DNA from: a virus
Lineage: Duplodnaviria; Caudoviricetes
IMG/VR virus record: IMGVR_UViG_3300025868_000002
Coordinates: 1 to 64,000 of that record
DNA: 64,000 nucleotides
Reading direction: 5' to 3' (one strand)
Every line of letters begins with the position of its first letter. Positions within the stretch are counted from its first letter, which is position 1. Below, piece by piece: positions 10,392 to 21,619 of this stretch. The notes beneath the pieces were generated by a model, which had not been told where the DNA came from, did not search any database, and was given only the letters and a program-made list of their open reading frames with translations. The position numbers and the translations under genes were made by a program.

Positions 10392-11411
10392 ATGCCAAAG
10401 ATAAATTATACATTCAACGATATGTTTATAAAACCTGCATATAGCGATATTAATTCTAGATCTGAGTGTAATTTAGATACAACATTTTGTGGAAGAACGT
10501 ATTCTATACCGCTTGTCCCGGCAAATATGTCCTCTATTGCGGGATATGATATGCTCAAAAAGATGTCAAATATGGGTGGCATAGGGATAATGCATAGGTT
10601 TAATGATTACCTTTTTACTCTACATAACTTAGATGGGGATACAAGGTATGCCGCATCTATAGGTGTAAATAATGTTGACGAAGATATTAAAAATATTTTT
10701 GCTGTTTGTTCACCTGAATTCATTACGATTGATGTTGCTCACGGACACCATATAAAAGTTGCAAAAGCCATAGAGACCATAAAAAATTATAACAGTGATA
10801 TAAAAATATTGGCAGGAAACATTGCAACAGCCAAAGGTGCTTTTTTCTTGGCAAATGCCGGGGCTGACGCTGTGAAGGTCGGAGTTGGCTGTGGCAGCCT
10901 TTGCGAAACACGAATTCGTACCGGGGTAGGCACACCTCAGTTATCCTCTATAGTTGAGGTCTACGAAGCTATCAAAGGCTCCAGATTTAGCAACGTTGAT
11001 ATTATGGCCGACGGGGGTATGGAAACACCTGGCGATGCCGCAAAGGCCATAGCAGCCGGGGCTGATATGGTCATGTCTGGTAACTTTTTTGCTGGCACAA
11101 AGGAAACTCCACTCCACCTAATGAAAAGTGGAGATTGGCTTAATCCCACACTTTACAAACAATATATGGGCTCTGCATCTTACGCTGGCAAGCACCAGAA
11201 TGGGCAAGAAACAACGAATATTGAAGGAAATTCAAAACTTATACCATATAAAGGTACTTGTGAAAGAATTGTTACCGAGGTTATGAATGGCATTCGGTCA
11301 TCAATGTCCTATGTTGGTGCTAGGACACTTGATGAATTTAGAAGAAATGTAGAGTTTATTGCAGTAACCCCAAATGGAACTAGAGAAGCAAAACCTTTTC
11401 TACTAGGCTAA
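10392..11411 (+). CDS. guaC: GMP reductase (IMPDH/GMPR family, no CBS domains)
   Basis: [34 protein letters not shown], flap YMGSAS...NIEG (GuaC-type rather than the IMPDH YRGMGS). RBS AGGAG. Confidence 0.8.
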   Translation: MPKINYTFNDMFIKPAYSDINSRSECNLDTTFCGRTYSIPLVPANMSSIAGYDMLKKMSNMGGIGIMHRFNDYLFTLHNLDGDTRYAASIGVNNVDEDIKNIFAVCSPEFITIDVAHGHHIKVAKAIETIKNYNSDIKILAGNIATAKGAFFLANAGADAVKVGVGCGSLCETRIRTGVGTPQLSSIVEVYEAIKGSRFSNVDIMADGGMETPGDAAKAIAAGADMVMSGNFFAGTKETPLHLMKSGDWLNPTLYKQYMGSASYAGKHQNGQETTNIEGNSKLIPYKGTCERIVTEVMNGIRSSMSYVGARTLDEFRRNVEFIAVTPNGTREAKPFLLG

Positions 11412-14400
11412 CTCCCTCCTATAATATAGTTTAACTTTGTAACCGGCCTCGGCGCTGGCCGCCATATAATGTGTATATTGCCCATCATTCTTTATGTCTA
11501 ATATTCTTGTGTTTGAGGATGGATTTTCACCTTGGCGTATTGAAGGAACTGTATATATTTCAGGATCACTTAAAGAATTCCCAATAATATTGAACTTATA
11601 AAGAGAGCTTGAGCCATAATCAGAGAAATTAGTAGCGTCAAAAAAAGTAGGTAATGTTAACGCCGTAACAAGCCTATTATTAATTAAAGTAGGCCTACAC
11701 ATACCCATGCCCATATATTCATTTACCATATTAAACATATCACTGCCAATTCCTGGATAATATGGCCTATGTATCTCCCAGTTTTGGGGTTCTATAGCAC
11801 CCCTATATTTTTCACCCCTATAACTATTATAATTACTGCCGCCTAAATTAGGTACCCTGTGAATAAATGAGCGTCGTACATCGGCAGCAGGTAAAAAAAT
11901 CCTTTCTTTAAAAACTCTATCACTATAAATGCCAAAATTAATTAGTTCCACCCTATCACCACCATAATATAATAGCCCATATGTGCCATATGAAATAAAT
12001 CGTTCACTATCCGGAATTGATTGTTGACAAATACTGTCACCTAATTTAGTATAAACAAAAATATTATTTCCAATCAGGAATACACCATTCATCGGTTTAA
12101 ATCTTTCTGAAGCAAATACATCATGCCAGGGCTCGTTATCATACGAACCAAACCCCCCTATTAGGCCATCACCAAGTATTGATGGGTTACCAACAATAGC
12201 TCTTCTTATGTTATCAAAATCATGCACAATAAGAGCTCCTGTGGGCAATCCGTCATCAGTTAGTTCGTTACCAAATATGCTAGGCCCACAAGTATACACA
12301 AATAGATCCCTATTAATATCAAATGTATCAACATGGTATCTTACCTGGTCGAAGGATGAACCAGCGTAAGCACGCACCTCATCAAAAAATGGGAGTAATG
12401 TTGTGCTATATTTTAGGAGTAAATCACCGTCAAAAATATGAAACTTTCTAACTCTAGTAACCTTATTAATGGTTAAAACAGCAATTCTTAATTCATCATT
12501 TCTGCTATTAAACATCCTCATATCCGCAATGGATTCGGAGGATGAAAGCGCATATTGTTTAATAACAAAACCAAAAGATGGTTTTGCCATGCACCGCAAA
12601 TAATTATAAGCCCCGGTATATATATTTTCTTTACTTAAACATATATGAGTTTGCATAAATGCGTCTATTGTAGATGATACTTGTAATCCGCTAGTATAGC
12701 TATACGCATAGCTATCTTGTTTTGTGTCCCATCTCATAATCCCTAAAAAGTTATTCAGCCTTATTGGCACATAAATTATATTTTTATCATCAAGATCAAT
12801 CTCAATATGTGTATTATAGTTGATAACATCTTGCCCGTAACCAGGATCTTCACCATATCCACTATAAAGATCATTAAATAGCAGCATAGGTCTACTTTTA
12901 AGAAAAGTAATTTCGCCATATGGTACTTCTGTGTATGTTTTACCAAACCCAGTATTTTTAGTATATGTTGAATCAACTTGTGTGCCAATGTTTGTCTCCG
13001 CTAATTTAAGCGGATTTAAGGTTTTGCCCAAAACAATTGTGATATCTCGCACAATTGATGTGCCTACCTCTAACTCTCCATTAAAATTGAGCATCCACCC
13101 GGAAGTACCAGGGACATAATTATAGCTTTTTAGTGTGCCTAATCTCCTACCAGGATCATATAGAATGGAATCACCATGCTCCTGTAGCCACGGATCTGTA
13201 GTATTACCTGTTATAGTCATTGCCTGAAAATAGGTATTCCTCACAACTTGCGGATTTAGGTCATCATCCCCGTATGGGGTCAAATTCCAGGGATATACCC
13301 CGTGATTTGTAAACGGTAACCAATTACCCCAATTTACCTTATCATTAGAAAATCTAATACGATAAACCGGGGCGCCATCTGAGGTGCAATCAACAAAAAC
13401 TTTATTTTGTTCTGTGTAAGTTAATAAGGGCTCTTCCTCTGTCGGGTTTTTAATATTATCCTGAGTTAGTGTAAAAGTATCAAGCATTATAGCCATTGTG
13501 CCGTCAGGGATAGCAAAATCCATAAGGGCAAAAACATCTTTTTCTACATATTCTGATGTGATTGGGATAGAATCCTGTGTTCCATGAAGCTCAAGTAATT
13601 TTGGAAAATGTGCACTAATATGGAATTGTACCCTGTTATTGATATTATCATACCCAAAAGTATAAAAATTAGGATCACTAGAACCAAATAAGTAACCAAA
13701 AGTGTTAATAAGGTGTGATTTTAAAACATAATCACAAGTTAAATAAAACTGATCAATCTTAAATTTTAAATTATTTTGCATGCCGCCACTTACGGCACCC
13801 AATTTAACATTGGTTAATTTATTCCAACCAAGCCCCTCATGTGCGCCAACGGCACGCCGTGCATATACTGTTTCCAAAGAGGATTCTGGCTCTGTAATTT
13901 CATCGCCGTTTTCATTAATTATTACAATATAAGTTTTTTCCGTATTTGGATACGTGTATTTATCATAAGATATATGGACATAGTACCAATTAGTATCCAC
14001 CGGGATGTGCCTGGTAAAAATTATATCCCCACCATCATCATTTCCGTATGGGTACGCACTTCCTTTAATTCTAATAATTAATTTGCCATACCCAGGGTAG
14101 TTAGCATCGACACCCTGGAATTGGCATGAAAATAAGTAATCGCCTTTAGCAAATCTATATTCAGAAGTTCCAGTGTGGCATGAGTTAAGATTAAGTATAA
14201 ACCCTATGCTAAATCGTGAATCATGTTTTCCATCATTATATAGAAAATTATCTATTATGGAATCCGGATTACCGAGAACATTCCTGTATTCAGAGGATAA
14301 CCCATTAATATTATAAATTTTATAATCACCCTGGGTAAATTGTGTTATATTTAATCTTGATTGATAATCAGTATTTGGGTATGGCCACAAATCATTATCG

Positions 14401-16670
14401 GATTCTAATGAAATATTACTCAACGAGTTATTCCACAGGCAATCAACATGCATCATAGAATCTTCAGAAGAAACTAAGCCGCCAATTAGTGCACCACCGG
14501 ACATAGTTTGGTCATGCCTAAAAGTATCATAAATTACACACTTAGATAACAAAGGCTTATATAAGTAGGTAAAATCATAGCCATTAGGGTCTTTATACAA
14601 AAGCTCAAGATCAACATTAGTGGATGTGGCCACACTATCCGAATAAACTTCTAATGTTGGGGCACTTATTGGTTCTGTGCTTAAACTGACATAAAGCTGA
14701 AGCGGAGTTTGTGTCCCAATATAATTATCTGATAATTCCGCGCTTAAATTTCCAAAAACCTGAAATTTAAAATCAATTAAATCGGTATCTGGTGCTAAAG
14801 TTCTTCCAACAAATTCATCAGTATACGCAGAATATCTATAATTATTACTATAATTTCGTAATTTATACGTGTATGATTTACTTGGCGGTAATGCTTTCAT
14901 ACCTTGGGTAACTATGCCAATACGCTGAATTCTTACCACGGAAGCTACATTCTTAGTATCCGTAAGTGAAAATGTAACTTTTATTTTCATACTATCAAAA
15001 TTTGGATTAGCAGAAAAAGAAGAACTTACCCTATCCCAATCTCCCGCCGCGGCATACGAGAATGCAGAGCTATTAATTAATTCGGTCCCTGAATAAACTC
15101 CGCTATTATAATAATAAATTCTTGCTGTAATATTCCCCTGCTGAATACCAGATTCTATTATATCAAGTGTATAATTTGATTCAGGCTCAATAGAAATATA
15201 ATCTGTAGTTAAAGTAAGGCTGGAATTATTTGAGGCCTGCTGAACTAAAAACCTTGGTGAAGAGGCAAAAATACTTATTTGTGGATCGCTACCAACATAT
15301 TTTGGACCAGTTTGTATTCTTCCCCAAACAGACGAATAATCTGCTAGCAAATTAGATATTTGTACTGATGAACATGTATAATCATACTTCTCATTTAAAG
15401 CATTAACGGTCACATCTGCGATCAAACCACCAGAGTTAAATATTTGAACCCCAACACTAGTATCTGTAGTAAACTTACTTGCTACCCAAGGAAACCGAAA
15501 TATCATTGATTGTGGAGAATACAAAAATGGAAAAGCATGTTTTAACCCTGATTCAACATAATAAGAAACATCCGAATAAAGCTCAACAGAATTAAATTGA
15601 CTATAGTTTTTAATATCAGAAGCTGGTGTGATACTGTAATCCAATACATTATCTGCAAAATATGAATTATTTGTGATATTATTTAAATATATTGCGTGGC
15701 CATAACCTAATGTTTCTTCTGTATCCCAAATTAATGTGTACAGCGTATCATTATAGGATACACTCCAATTACCTAATATATTAATGGAACCATTTGGTAT
15801 TACGTTACCGTTGGTTTGTGATGAAATAATGTTGAAATTTGGGTTTGCATTTACATCCTGCAACCCGGGCTCAGCCGAATGCATATAGTAATCTGTTGGA
15901 TACGGAACTTTTGCCAATAATGAAAATGTGGAATCAACAAATTCTGCGTCTTTAGAAAATATTTCAACTCCTCCGCCAGCAAGGGCTGCCTGTTGATTTT
16001 GTTGCCATGACACCTTAATTAATCCCGGTAAATTATTAGAAGCAAATACGTTTATTGGTTCCGGCAAAGTTGGTAAATATGACTTTAAAATATGCCTAAA
16101 AATATCACTTGTTAATGAAATTTGAATATCAGATTGATTTAAATTGGCGTAGCAAACTAAAGCAATAGTATATTCCTTATCCTTAGAAAATGTGTACTTC
16201 GTTGATGTTGTAGTAACTTCGCTAGAATTATTACCAGAAATATACTCATGCCAAAGTATTCTTATACCATTTATATATAAGGATGCCTTACATTTACCAG
16301 AAAAAGTTAGGGTAGCCCTAATATTATCAGAAGGTACTATAGTTACCTCATATTTACTAAATTTACTATAGGTAAAATTATGATCAATAAGGGAGTTTAA
16401 ACTTGCCACTTCTCTGTGTATCACCGAATAAATATTAGAAACCAAAAGGGTATCAAATAATTCAATTGTTGGTGTCTCCAAGAAATCAGCAAATAATGAT
16501 AAGCTATCCCATATTATAATGGAATCATGTGGAGACACACCAAAACTACTGGGTATAGAATCTGTATAGTTTATTCCATTATTGACACTATCGGAAATTT
16601 CTATAGATTTTCTGTGTTTTGAGAGATCATTTATTTGCTCTATAATTTCTTGTCTCTGAGTTTTCTTCAT
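11403..16670 (-). CDS. Large tail-tip/central fibre protein (1755 aa)
   Basis: FnIII-like PEPINVFASNN...IKVSWQ, lectin/LamG-like stretches, SYNYVPGTSGWMLNFNGELE motif seen in siphovirus tip proteins; end of tail module. Confidence 0.65.
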   Translation of the reverse strand: MKKTQRQEIIEQINDLSKHRKSIEISDSVNNGINYTDSIPSSFGVSPHDSIIIWDSLSLFADFLETPTIELFDTLLVSNIYSVIHREVASLNSLIDHNFTYSKFSKYEVTIVPSDNIRATLTFSGKCKASLYINGIRILWHEYISGNNSSEVTTTSTKYTFSKDKEYTIALVCYANLNQSDIQISLTSDIFRHILKSYLPTLPEPINVFASNNLPGLIKVSWQQNQQAALAGGGVEIFSKDAEFVDSTFSLLAKVPYPTDYYMHSAEPGLQDVNANPNFNIISSQTNGNVIPNGSINILGNWSVSYNDTLYTLIWDTEETLGYGHAIYLNNITNNSYFADNVLDYSITPASDIKNYSQFNSVELYSDVSYYVESGLKHAFPFLYSPQSMIFRFPWVASKFTTDTSVGVQIFNSGGLIADVTVNALNEKYDYTCSSVQISNLLADYSSVWGRIQTGPKYVGSDPQISIFASSPRFLVQQASNNSSLTLTTDYISIEPESNYTLDIIESGIQQGNITARIYYYNSGVYSGTELINSSAFSYAAAGDWDRVSSSFSANPNFDSMKIKVTFSLTDTKNVASVVRIQRIGIVTQGMKALPPSKSYTYKLRNYSNNYRYSAYTDEFVGRTLAPDTDLIDFKFQVFGNLSAELSDNYIGTQTPLQLYVSLSTEPISAPTLEVYSDSVATSTNVDLELLYKDPNGYDFTYLYKPLLSKCVIYDTFRHDQTMSGGALIGGLVSSEDSMMHVDCLWNNSLSNISLESDNDLWPYPNTDYQSRLNITQFTQGDYKIYNINGLSSEYRNVLGNPDSIIDNFLYNDGKHDSRFSIGFILNLNSCHTGTSEYRFAKGDYLFSCQFQGVDANYPGYGKLIIRIKGSAYPYGNDDGGDIIFTRHIPVDTNWYYVHISYDKYTYPNTEKTYIVIINENGDEITEPESSLETVYARRAVGAHEGLGWNKLTNVKLGAVSGGMQNNLKFKIDQFYLTCDYVLKSHLINTFGYLFGSSDPNFYTFGYDNINNRVQFHISAHFPKLLELHGTQDSIPITSEYVEKDVFALMDFAIPDGTMAIMLDTFTLTQDNIKNPTEEEPLLTYTEQNKVFVDCTSDGAPVYRIRFSNDKVNWGNWLPFTNHGVYPWNLTPYGDDDLNPQVVRNTYFQAMTITGNTTDPWLQEHGDSILYDPGRRLGTLKSYNYVPGTSGWMLNFNGELEVGTSIVRDITIVLGKTLNPLKLAETNIGTQVDSTYTKNTGFGKTYTEVPYGEITFLKSRPMLLFNDLYSGYGEDPGYGQDVINYNTHIEIDLDDKNIIYVPIRLNNFLGIMRWDTKQDSYAYSYTSGLQVSSTIDAFMQTHICLSKENIYTGAYNYLRCMAKPSFGFVIKQYALSSSESIADMRMFNSRNDELRIAVLTINKVTRVRKFHIFDGDLLLKYSTTLLPFFDEVRAYAGSSFDQVRYHVDTFDINRDLFVYTCGPSIFGNELTDDGLPTGALIVHDFDNIRRAIVGNPSILGDGLIGGFGSYDNEPWHDVFASERFKPMNGVFLIGNNIFVYTKLGDSICQQSIPDSERFISYGTYGLLYYGGDRVELINFGIYSDRVFKERIFLPAADVRRSFIHRVPNLGGSNYNSYRGEKYRGAIEPQNWEIHRPYYPGIGSDMFNMVNEYMGMGMCRPTLINNRLVTALTLPTFFDATNFSDYGSSSLYKFNIIGNSLSDPEIYTVPSIRQGENPSSNTRILDIKNDGQYTHYMAASAEAGYKVKLYYRRELA

Positions 16671-16679
16671 TTTTTGCCT

Positions 16680-19600
16680 TTAGAATTTTGTGTACTTAGC
16701 TTTTTCACAATGGCCACATCGAACAAAAACCGGAGTTCTATTTAAATATGTTGTGCCACCAGCTCTTACAGAAGTGGGCATACTACCCTCATCATATAAT
16801 AACACATCCCTATGTAAATCATACAAATTACTACCAGCCATTGGTGTTTCGGTAAACCCGGCCTTATCTGCGCCTAAAAACCACAAAGGAAGCCCGTAAC
16901 AGGTTACACTTTCGCTTAATGTTGAATCCCTTACCCCAGTATTCATTGTTTCCCAATATGCATACCCATTTGAGTTTTGTTTTTCTAAACCATTACCCCA
17001 TATTAGAGCGCTAAACCCATACCTATCATAATTAACAAATAAATCCACATAATCCCTATCTTCAAGGAAGGAAGAAGAATTTGACCATGTTGGGGTTGCC
17101 GAAACTTCTGGGTATAACTTTCCATTTAAAGCAACACTTTCATGCAAGTAGTCACCAACAACATCAACCGTAGTATTAATAGATATTGTTGTGTCATAAT
17201 TTATTAAAGCTGAACCACCAAAATTTTCCATTGATATGTTTGCTGGGTTTCTCTCTGAATAGCAAGCCAAAGGCAAAAATGGATTATATCTATTAACATA
17301 TTTAAGCAAAAATTTAGAATATGGATTATGTATTTCTATCTCATTATGTTTTCCAATTAAAATACCACCAGTATCTTCTTTTGCTGCCGAGAAATAAAGC
17401 CTACCAGCCCTATCTCGTATTCTAAGTTCTAACCCAAGTACTAATGAATTATAGATTATTCTTGAATGTCTTGTAGTGCCATCATACGAACTCCAATAGT
17501 GGTTTGCACCAAACGAAAAATTTGTTATTCCATGGGTATACGTTGCATTGCGTATAACCCCTTTTGTGTCAGCATCTGCATACCCATTTGGGTAATATAA
17601 ATAATTAAATCTTGGGATGTCCGTATCATAGACTTTAGGAGTAGTTTCGTAATAAGGGACAATCACTCCATAAGCATTTTTAAGGTTTTCAAAATTTATG
17701 CTGCCATTTTTATTTAATATAGGTAAATTATCGGGGCTAGCAGCAAAAACTTTACCAACCCCAATACCGGGTATGCTGGAAGCTTTATTCAGGTATCTTT
17801 CTGATATTCCAGCTAATGCTGTAATATGTGGGTTATTTGAAAAATTACTTCTAAAAACAATAGAGGATTCAGTTGTCCTATCGGAAACAGCGGGGATGTA
17901 AGTCCATTCGCCTATTTTGACTTTTTGCTCCGCAATTACTAAATCTGTGGCATTGACTGGATCAAAAACTTTAGAATAAACTAAATTATAATATGTAGAA
18001 GATATCCAGGGGACATCTTCATGATTACCAGAACCAACAGTATAATCAGTGTCCCATACGTCACCAGAGGTGTGCACCCCAGAATTAACCTGATAAAAAG
18101 AATTTTCTTGCGTAGTAGTTATAGCAGCAATGTGAAAATAAAATTTATCTATAAAATACCTATTTTTAGATACAGTAGTTGTATCTTCGTATAATCTTAC
18201 ACCAACAGTTGTGTCTATAACAGGAAGGGCATACGTTTTTATTCCAGAACCAGCAGAATGTGACCCATCCCAGCCCCTAGGTGGCCGGGGGTCATATTCC
18301 ATAACTGAATGTGTTCTATCACCATTTGCATAAGCGTCCGCAGAATACAAACTAGAATTCCTTAACGGGGTAAGTGTATCCCTATAAGGATCGGTATAAT
18401 CAATTTTAGCGGTGTATTCGTCGGATGGCAGCGGCATATATTCTTCCGCAAAATCCCAAACTAACGGAACTCTTTCATCAAGCCAAAAGTGTGTTATATC
18501 AAAAGCAGTATTATCATTTAAAGTATTATGGATTCCATTAACAATTGATGTTCCATTTTGAGTCCCGAATTGGTAAACAGTTGTCACATCTTCATAACCA
18601 GGGACAGTTGGCTCGAATTTTAATACTGGGTAAAGTGGAAAATAAAGTTTTTTATATGATCTATCAATATTCTCATAAGAAGCAATAGGGTCAACTTCAT
18701 CCTCTGGTTTAGTGTTTTGTCCCCTAGCAAAAAATCCGTGACCGCGCGGTAACTTATACACTATAGAATAAGGAGTGTCATTGAATACTGTGTTTAAATC
18801 ATATGCTTGGTGGACACCATCCCATTTTGCAAAATATAGCCCTGCCCTATCTTCAGTTTTTCCAACATAAGGCACGGATACAAGTTCATCATTATACGCT
18901 AACGTTTCTGTGCCATAAACAGGCACTCTATTACTATTTAAACTAGTTTGTGTGGTGTGTGTATCAAAAATCTCAAGTGCTTGTATCCCAGGCACTAAAA
19001 GAACCCAAGAGAATTCAATATATTTTCCCTGATCGCTATCCATAGGATTATATGCTACTTCTCCGGCTCTGTATGGAATTTTCATCTCTTCAAAGGCAAC
19101 GGGACAATTATTAAATACGGTAGCTAATTCTGCCGGAGTGGGATATCTTCTCTTTCTGAAAGACGGAGGAATATCTCGTGAATCCGCTGATATAGCTAAG
19201 CTAAATTCTGAATTGGAGAAAGTTTCGGATAACCCATAAATATAAAATTTAAGCGAACGATCAACAGATTCTGTTTTTGTGTCATGCACACGAATACCCT
19301 GATAAAGATCAAGCCCAAGATCACATGGGATAGAAAAAGACGCTATAAATCCTGTTTTTCTAGTTCTTTCTAGTGTGTATAGTGCCAACCAATCTGCGCG
19401 GTCTTGCGTAATAATAGTCGGATCTTGTATAATAAAATGCTTTCTTGACCCCACATAATATTTGTAACTACTGTCATAAATAGACCTAACATCTATTGCC
19501 CTTGATGTAACATATTTATTTTTTATTTCTTCAAGATTAGACGAATCTGGTGTATAAGAAAACCCTGCCGTGGAAGCACCTAATACCGTTATTTCATTTC

Positions 19601-21611
19601 TAATGTCCTTTATATCATGTTCTAATGATAACCCATTATTTATATGTTTGTTAGTAGAATATTCTTTATATGGCGCTTCGCCAAAGTCATAAATAAATGA
19701 ACAATTAAAATCTACAATAGACTCCCCAGATGTCTTATCTATCTTTATGGAGTGTACACCAAAATTTAAATCAGTATCAACAATACCATTAGAGTCATAA
19801 CCAAAAAACAAACGGTATACTGTTGGATTGTGGCCAGTAGACAAATTTATTCCGCTATAATAATATGTTGTGATATCAGATAAATGTACTGGGTGAATAA
19901 TATTGTTATAAGTAAACGTGCCATCATTTATGTAGCCATACACAGAAGACCAATCTGTATCTTCTTTTTTATTCTTATAATAAACTGAGACATTATTTGC
20001 AAAACCAGATCCTCTGCCAAAGCATAAGTCTATCCCCTTACCTGTCCAATCGAATTGCAGGGATGATTCACCCTCACCCATTCTTGTCACAAGGAATCCC
20101 TCGGCATCCCTAGCCTTAACAGATTCAGTATAATTAGAAGAGTCATACTCTGAGGCAGACAATTTTGTCTCAATGGGGACATTTGAGGATATTAATGAGA
20201 AATAACCACAATATTGCCCAGAAGCTATTTCAGAAATGAAGTAGCCATATTTGTTTAATATATCTTTTATTATATCGTATGCTGTGTCTTGCCCAAAATC
20301 ATACTCCCAAATATATTGATTATTGTCATAATTGACGTTATTCAAAGAGTTAATAATTTTTGGGTACCCTGACAGGGATAGCCCTAGATCAAACATATGT
20401 CTTAAATCAGAGGTATATATAGCACCAGTAGATTGATAGTATTTTTTATAGGCATAAAAATATTTTGGGTCTATATCAGAATGCAGAAGCATAACTTCCG
20501 CAATCTTATTTATATCCCATTTATCAAAGGCATGTACACGCTTAACACCGTCAGGTTCTGCATAAAGGTAATTATCCGAAAAATACCCAGCGTAGCTGTA
20601 GCTAGACTGCATGGGGTAATTAAAATTTAAAGTATCAATTGCCTTAGCAAGTATTCCCTCACAGCCCAACTTTAATAAAGTTCCTTTTTCATCCCTACTT
20701 ACCTCAATAGAGGAAGTAATGTTTCCAACAAACCTTTTTATAAGATCGCCATTGTACCCGCCGTAAATTGCAATTAAGTTTCCCTTCGAAATCCCACCGA
20801 ATTTTTCTGCCTCGCTATTGAATGAATTTGTGTCTAAATCATCATCAATTCTTAAAATAACAGTTGCTGCTGGTATCTGATCATGATCCCTACTAATTGT
20901 GTAATTAGTTACTTTGTTTATTGTTTCATATGTTGTGGCAATATCACTACCAGCAATTATATTTTCATCGCTATTAGATACGCAGGATGCAGATAATAGC
21001 CTGAACTCATTATCAATACCACCCCTCTTTATGAAACACACTAAATGAGGATTACTTGACGAATTCCAAAATCTTAGCCTGAATGATAATCCACCATTAG
21101 AAGAGGCTGTTGGTGAATACGTAGCAATTTTTATCTTTATTTCTTCACTACCAGTATATAACCAATCATCAATTAATACAGATGTTAAGTCATCGTTGCC
21201 AAAATTATCATAATTTGTTGTGTCTCCTTCACAAGAAAGAATAGCACTCCCTTTGTATACTAACTTAAAGGTAATATCCGGGTTAGAAACACCGTCAAAA
21301 CCAAATAACACCCCATAAACAAGGGTCTGCCATTTATCCGTTGTAACACCAGGCGGGTTACCTGTATCCCAATCAAGCATAATGTTAGGAATAGTACCAA
21401 ATGCCCTCCTGTTATTGTCTGAAGGTATAGCTTTTGCGGGCGATGTTAAGTTACTATCAGAAATATTAAACGAAGCAAATGAAGCACCCAAAGAAGGAAC
21501 TGTAAAATTAGTATTAAAAACTTTTACGCTACAATTATATTTGTTGTATTCATTATCAATAGCATACCGTTGAGTGTTGGTTACATTTGCATTTATATTC
21601 TTTATCGACAT
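16680..21611 (-). CDS. Baseplate hub / tail-tip protein (1643 aa)
   Basis: Hub-like segments (IAIYGGY...RFVGNI; DIKDIRNEITV; QDPTIITQDRADWLA; IPCDLGLDLYQGIRV) and position downstream of the tape measure. Confidence 0.6.
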   Translation of the reverse strand: MSIKNINANVTNTQRYAIDNEYNKYNCSVKVFNTNFTVPSLGASFASFNISDSNLTSPAKAIPSDNNRRAFGTIPNIMLDWDTGNPPGVTTDKWQTLVYGVLFGFDGVSNPDITFKLVYKGSAILSCEGDTTNYDNFGNDDLTSVLIDDWLYTGSEEIKIKIATYSPTASSNGGLSFRLRFWNSSSNPHLVCFIKRGGIDNEFRLLSASCVSNSDENIIAGSDIATTYETINKVTNYTISRDHDQIPAATVILRIDDDLDTNSFNSEAEKFGGISKGNLIAIYGGYNGDLIKRFVGNITSSIEVSRDEKGTLLKLGCEGILAKAIDTLNFNYPMQSSYSYAGYFSDNYLYAEPDGVKRVHAFDKWDINKIAEVMLLHSDIDPKYFYAYKKYYQSTGAIYTSDLRHMFDLGLSLSGYPKIINSLNNVNYDNNQYIWEYDFGQDTAYDIIKDILNKYGYFISEIASGQYCGYFSLISSNVPIETKLSASEYDSSNYTESVKARDAEGFLVTRMGEGESSLQFDWTGKGIDLCFGRGSGFANNVSVYYKNKKEDTDWSSVYGYINDGTFTYNNIIHPVHLSDITTYYYSGINLSTGHNPTVYRLFFGYDSNGIVDTDLNFGVHSIKIDKTSGESIVDFNCSFIYDFGEAPYKEYSTNKHINNGLSLEHDIKDIRNEITVLGASTAGFSYTPDSSNLEEIKNKYVTSRAIDVRSIYDSSYKYYVGSRKHFIIQDPTIITQDRADWLALYTLERTRKTGFIASFSIPCDLGLDLYQGIRVHDTKTESVDRSLKFYIYGLSETFSNSEFSLAISADSRDIPPSFRKRRYPTPAELATVFNNCPVAFEEMKIPYRAGEVAYNPMDSDQGKYIEFSWVLLVPGIQALEIFDTHTTQTSLNSNRVPVYGTETLAYNDELVSVPYVGKTEDRAGLYFAKWDGVHQAYDLNTVFNDTPYSIVYKLPRGHGFFARGQNTKPEDEVDPIASYENIDRSYKKLYFPLYPVLKFEPTVPGYEDVTTVYQFGTQNGTSIVNGIHNTLNDNTAFDITHFWLDERVPLVWDFAEEYMPLPSDEYTAKIDYTDPYRDTLTPLRNSSLYSADAYANGDRTHSVMEYDPRPPRGWDGSHSAGSGIKTYALPVIDTTVGVRLYEDTTTVSKNRYFIDKFYFHIAAITTTQENSFYQVNSGVHTSGDVWDTDYTVGSGNHEDVPWISSTYYNLVYSKVFDPVNATDLVIAEQKVKIGEWTYIPAVSDRTTESSIVFRSNFSNNPHITALAGISERYLNKASSIPGIGVGKVFAASPDNLPILNKNGSINFENLKNAYGVIVPYYETTPKVYDTDIPRFNYLYYPNGYADADTKGVIRNATYTHGITNFSFGANHYWSSYDGTTRHSRIIYNSLVLGLELRIRDRAGRLYFSAAKEDTGGILIGKHNEIEIHNPYSKFLLKYVNRYNPFLPLACYSERNPANISMENFGGSALINYDTTISINTTVDVVGDYLHESVALNGKLYPEVSATPTWSNSSSFLEDRDYVDLFVNYDRYGFSALIWGNGLEKQNSNGYAYWETMNTGVRDSTLSESVTCYGLPLWFLGADKAGFTETPMAGSNLYDLHRDVLLYDEGSMPTSVRAGGTTYLNRTPVFVRCGHCEKAKYTKF

Positions 21612-21619
21612 GCCTTCTC

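Noticed and set aside
11459-11486. dif-like sequence (CATATAATGTGTATATTG)
   Set aside because: XerD arm does not match, and it lies in coding sequence.
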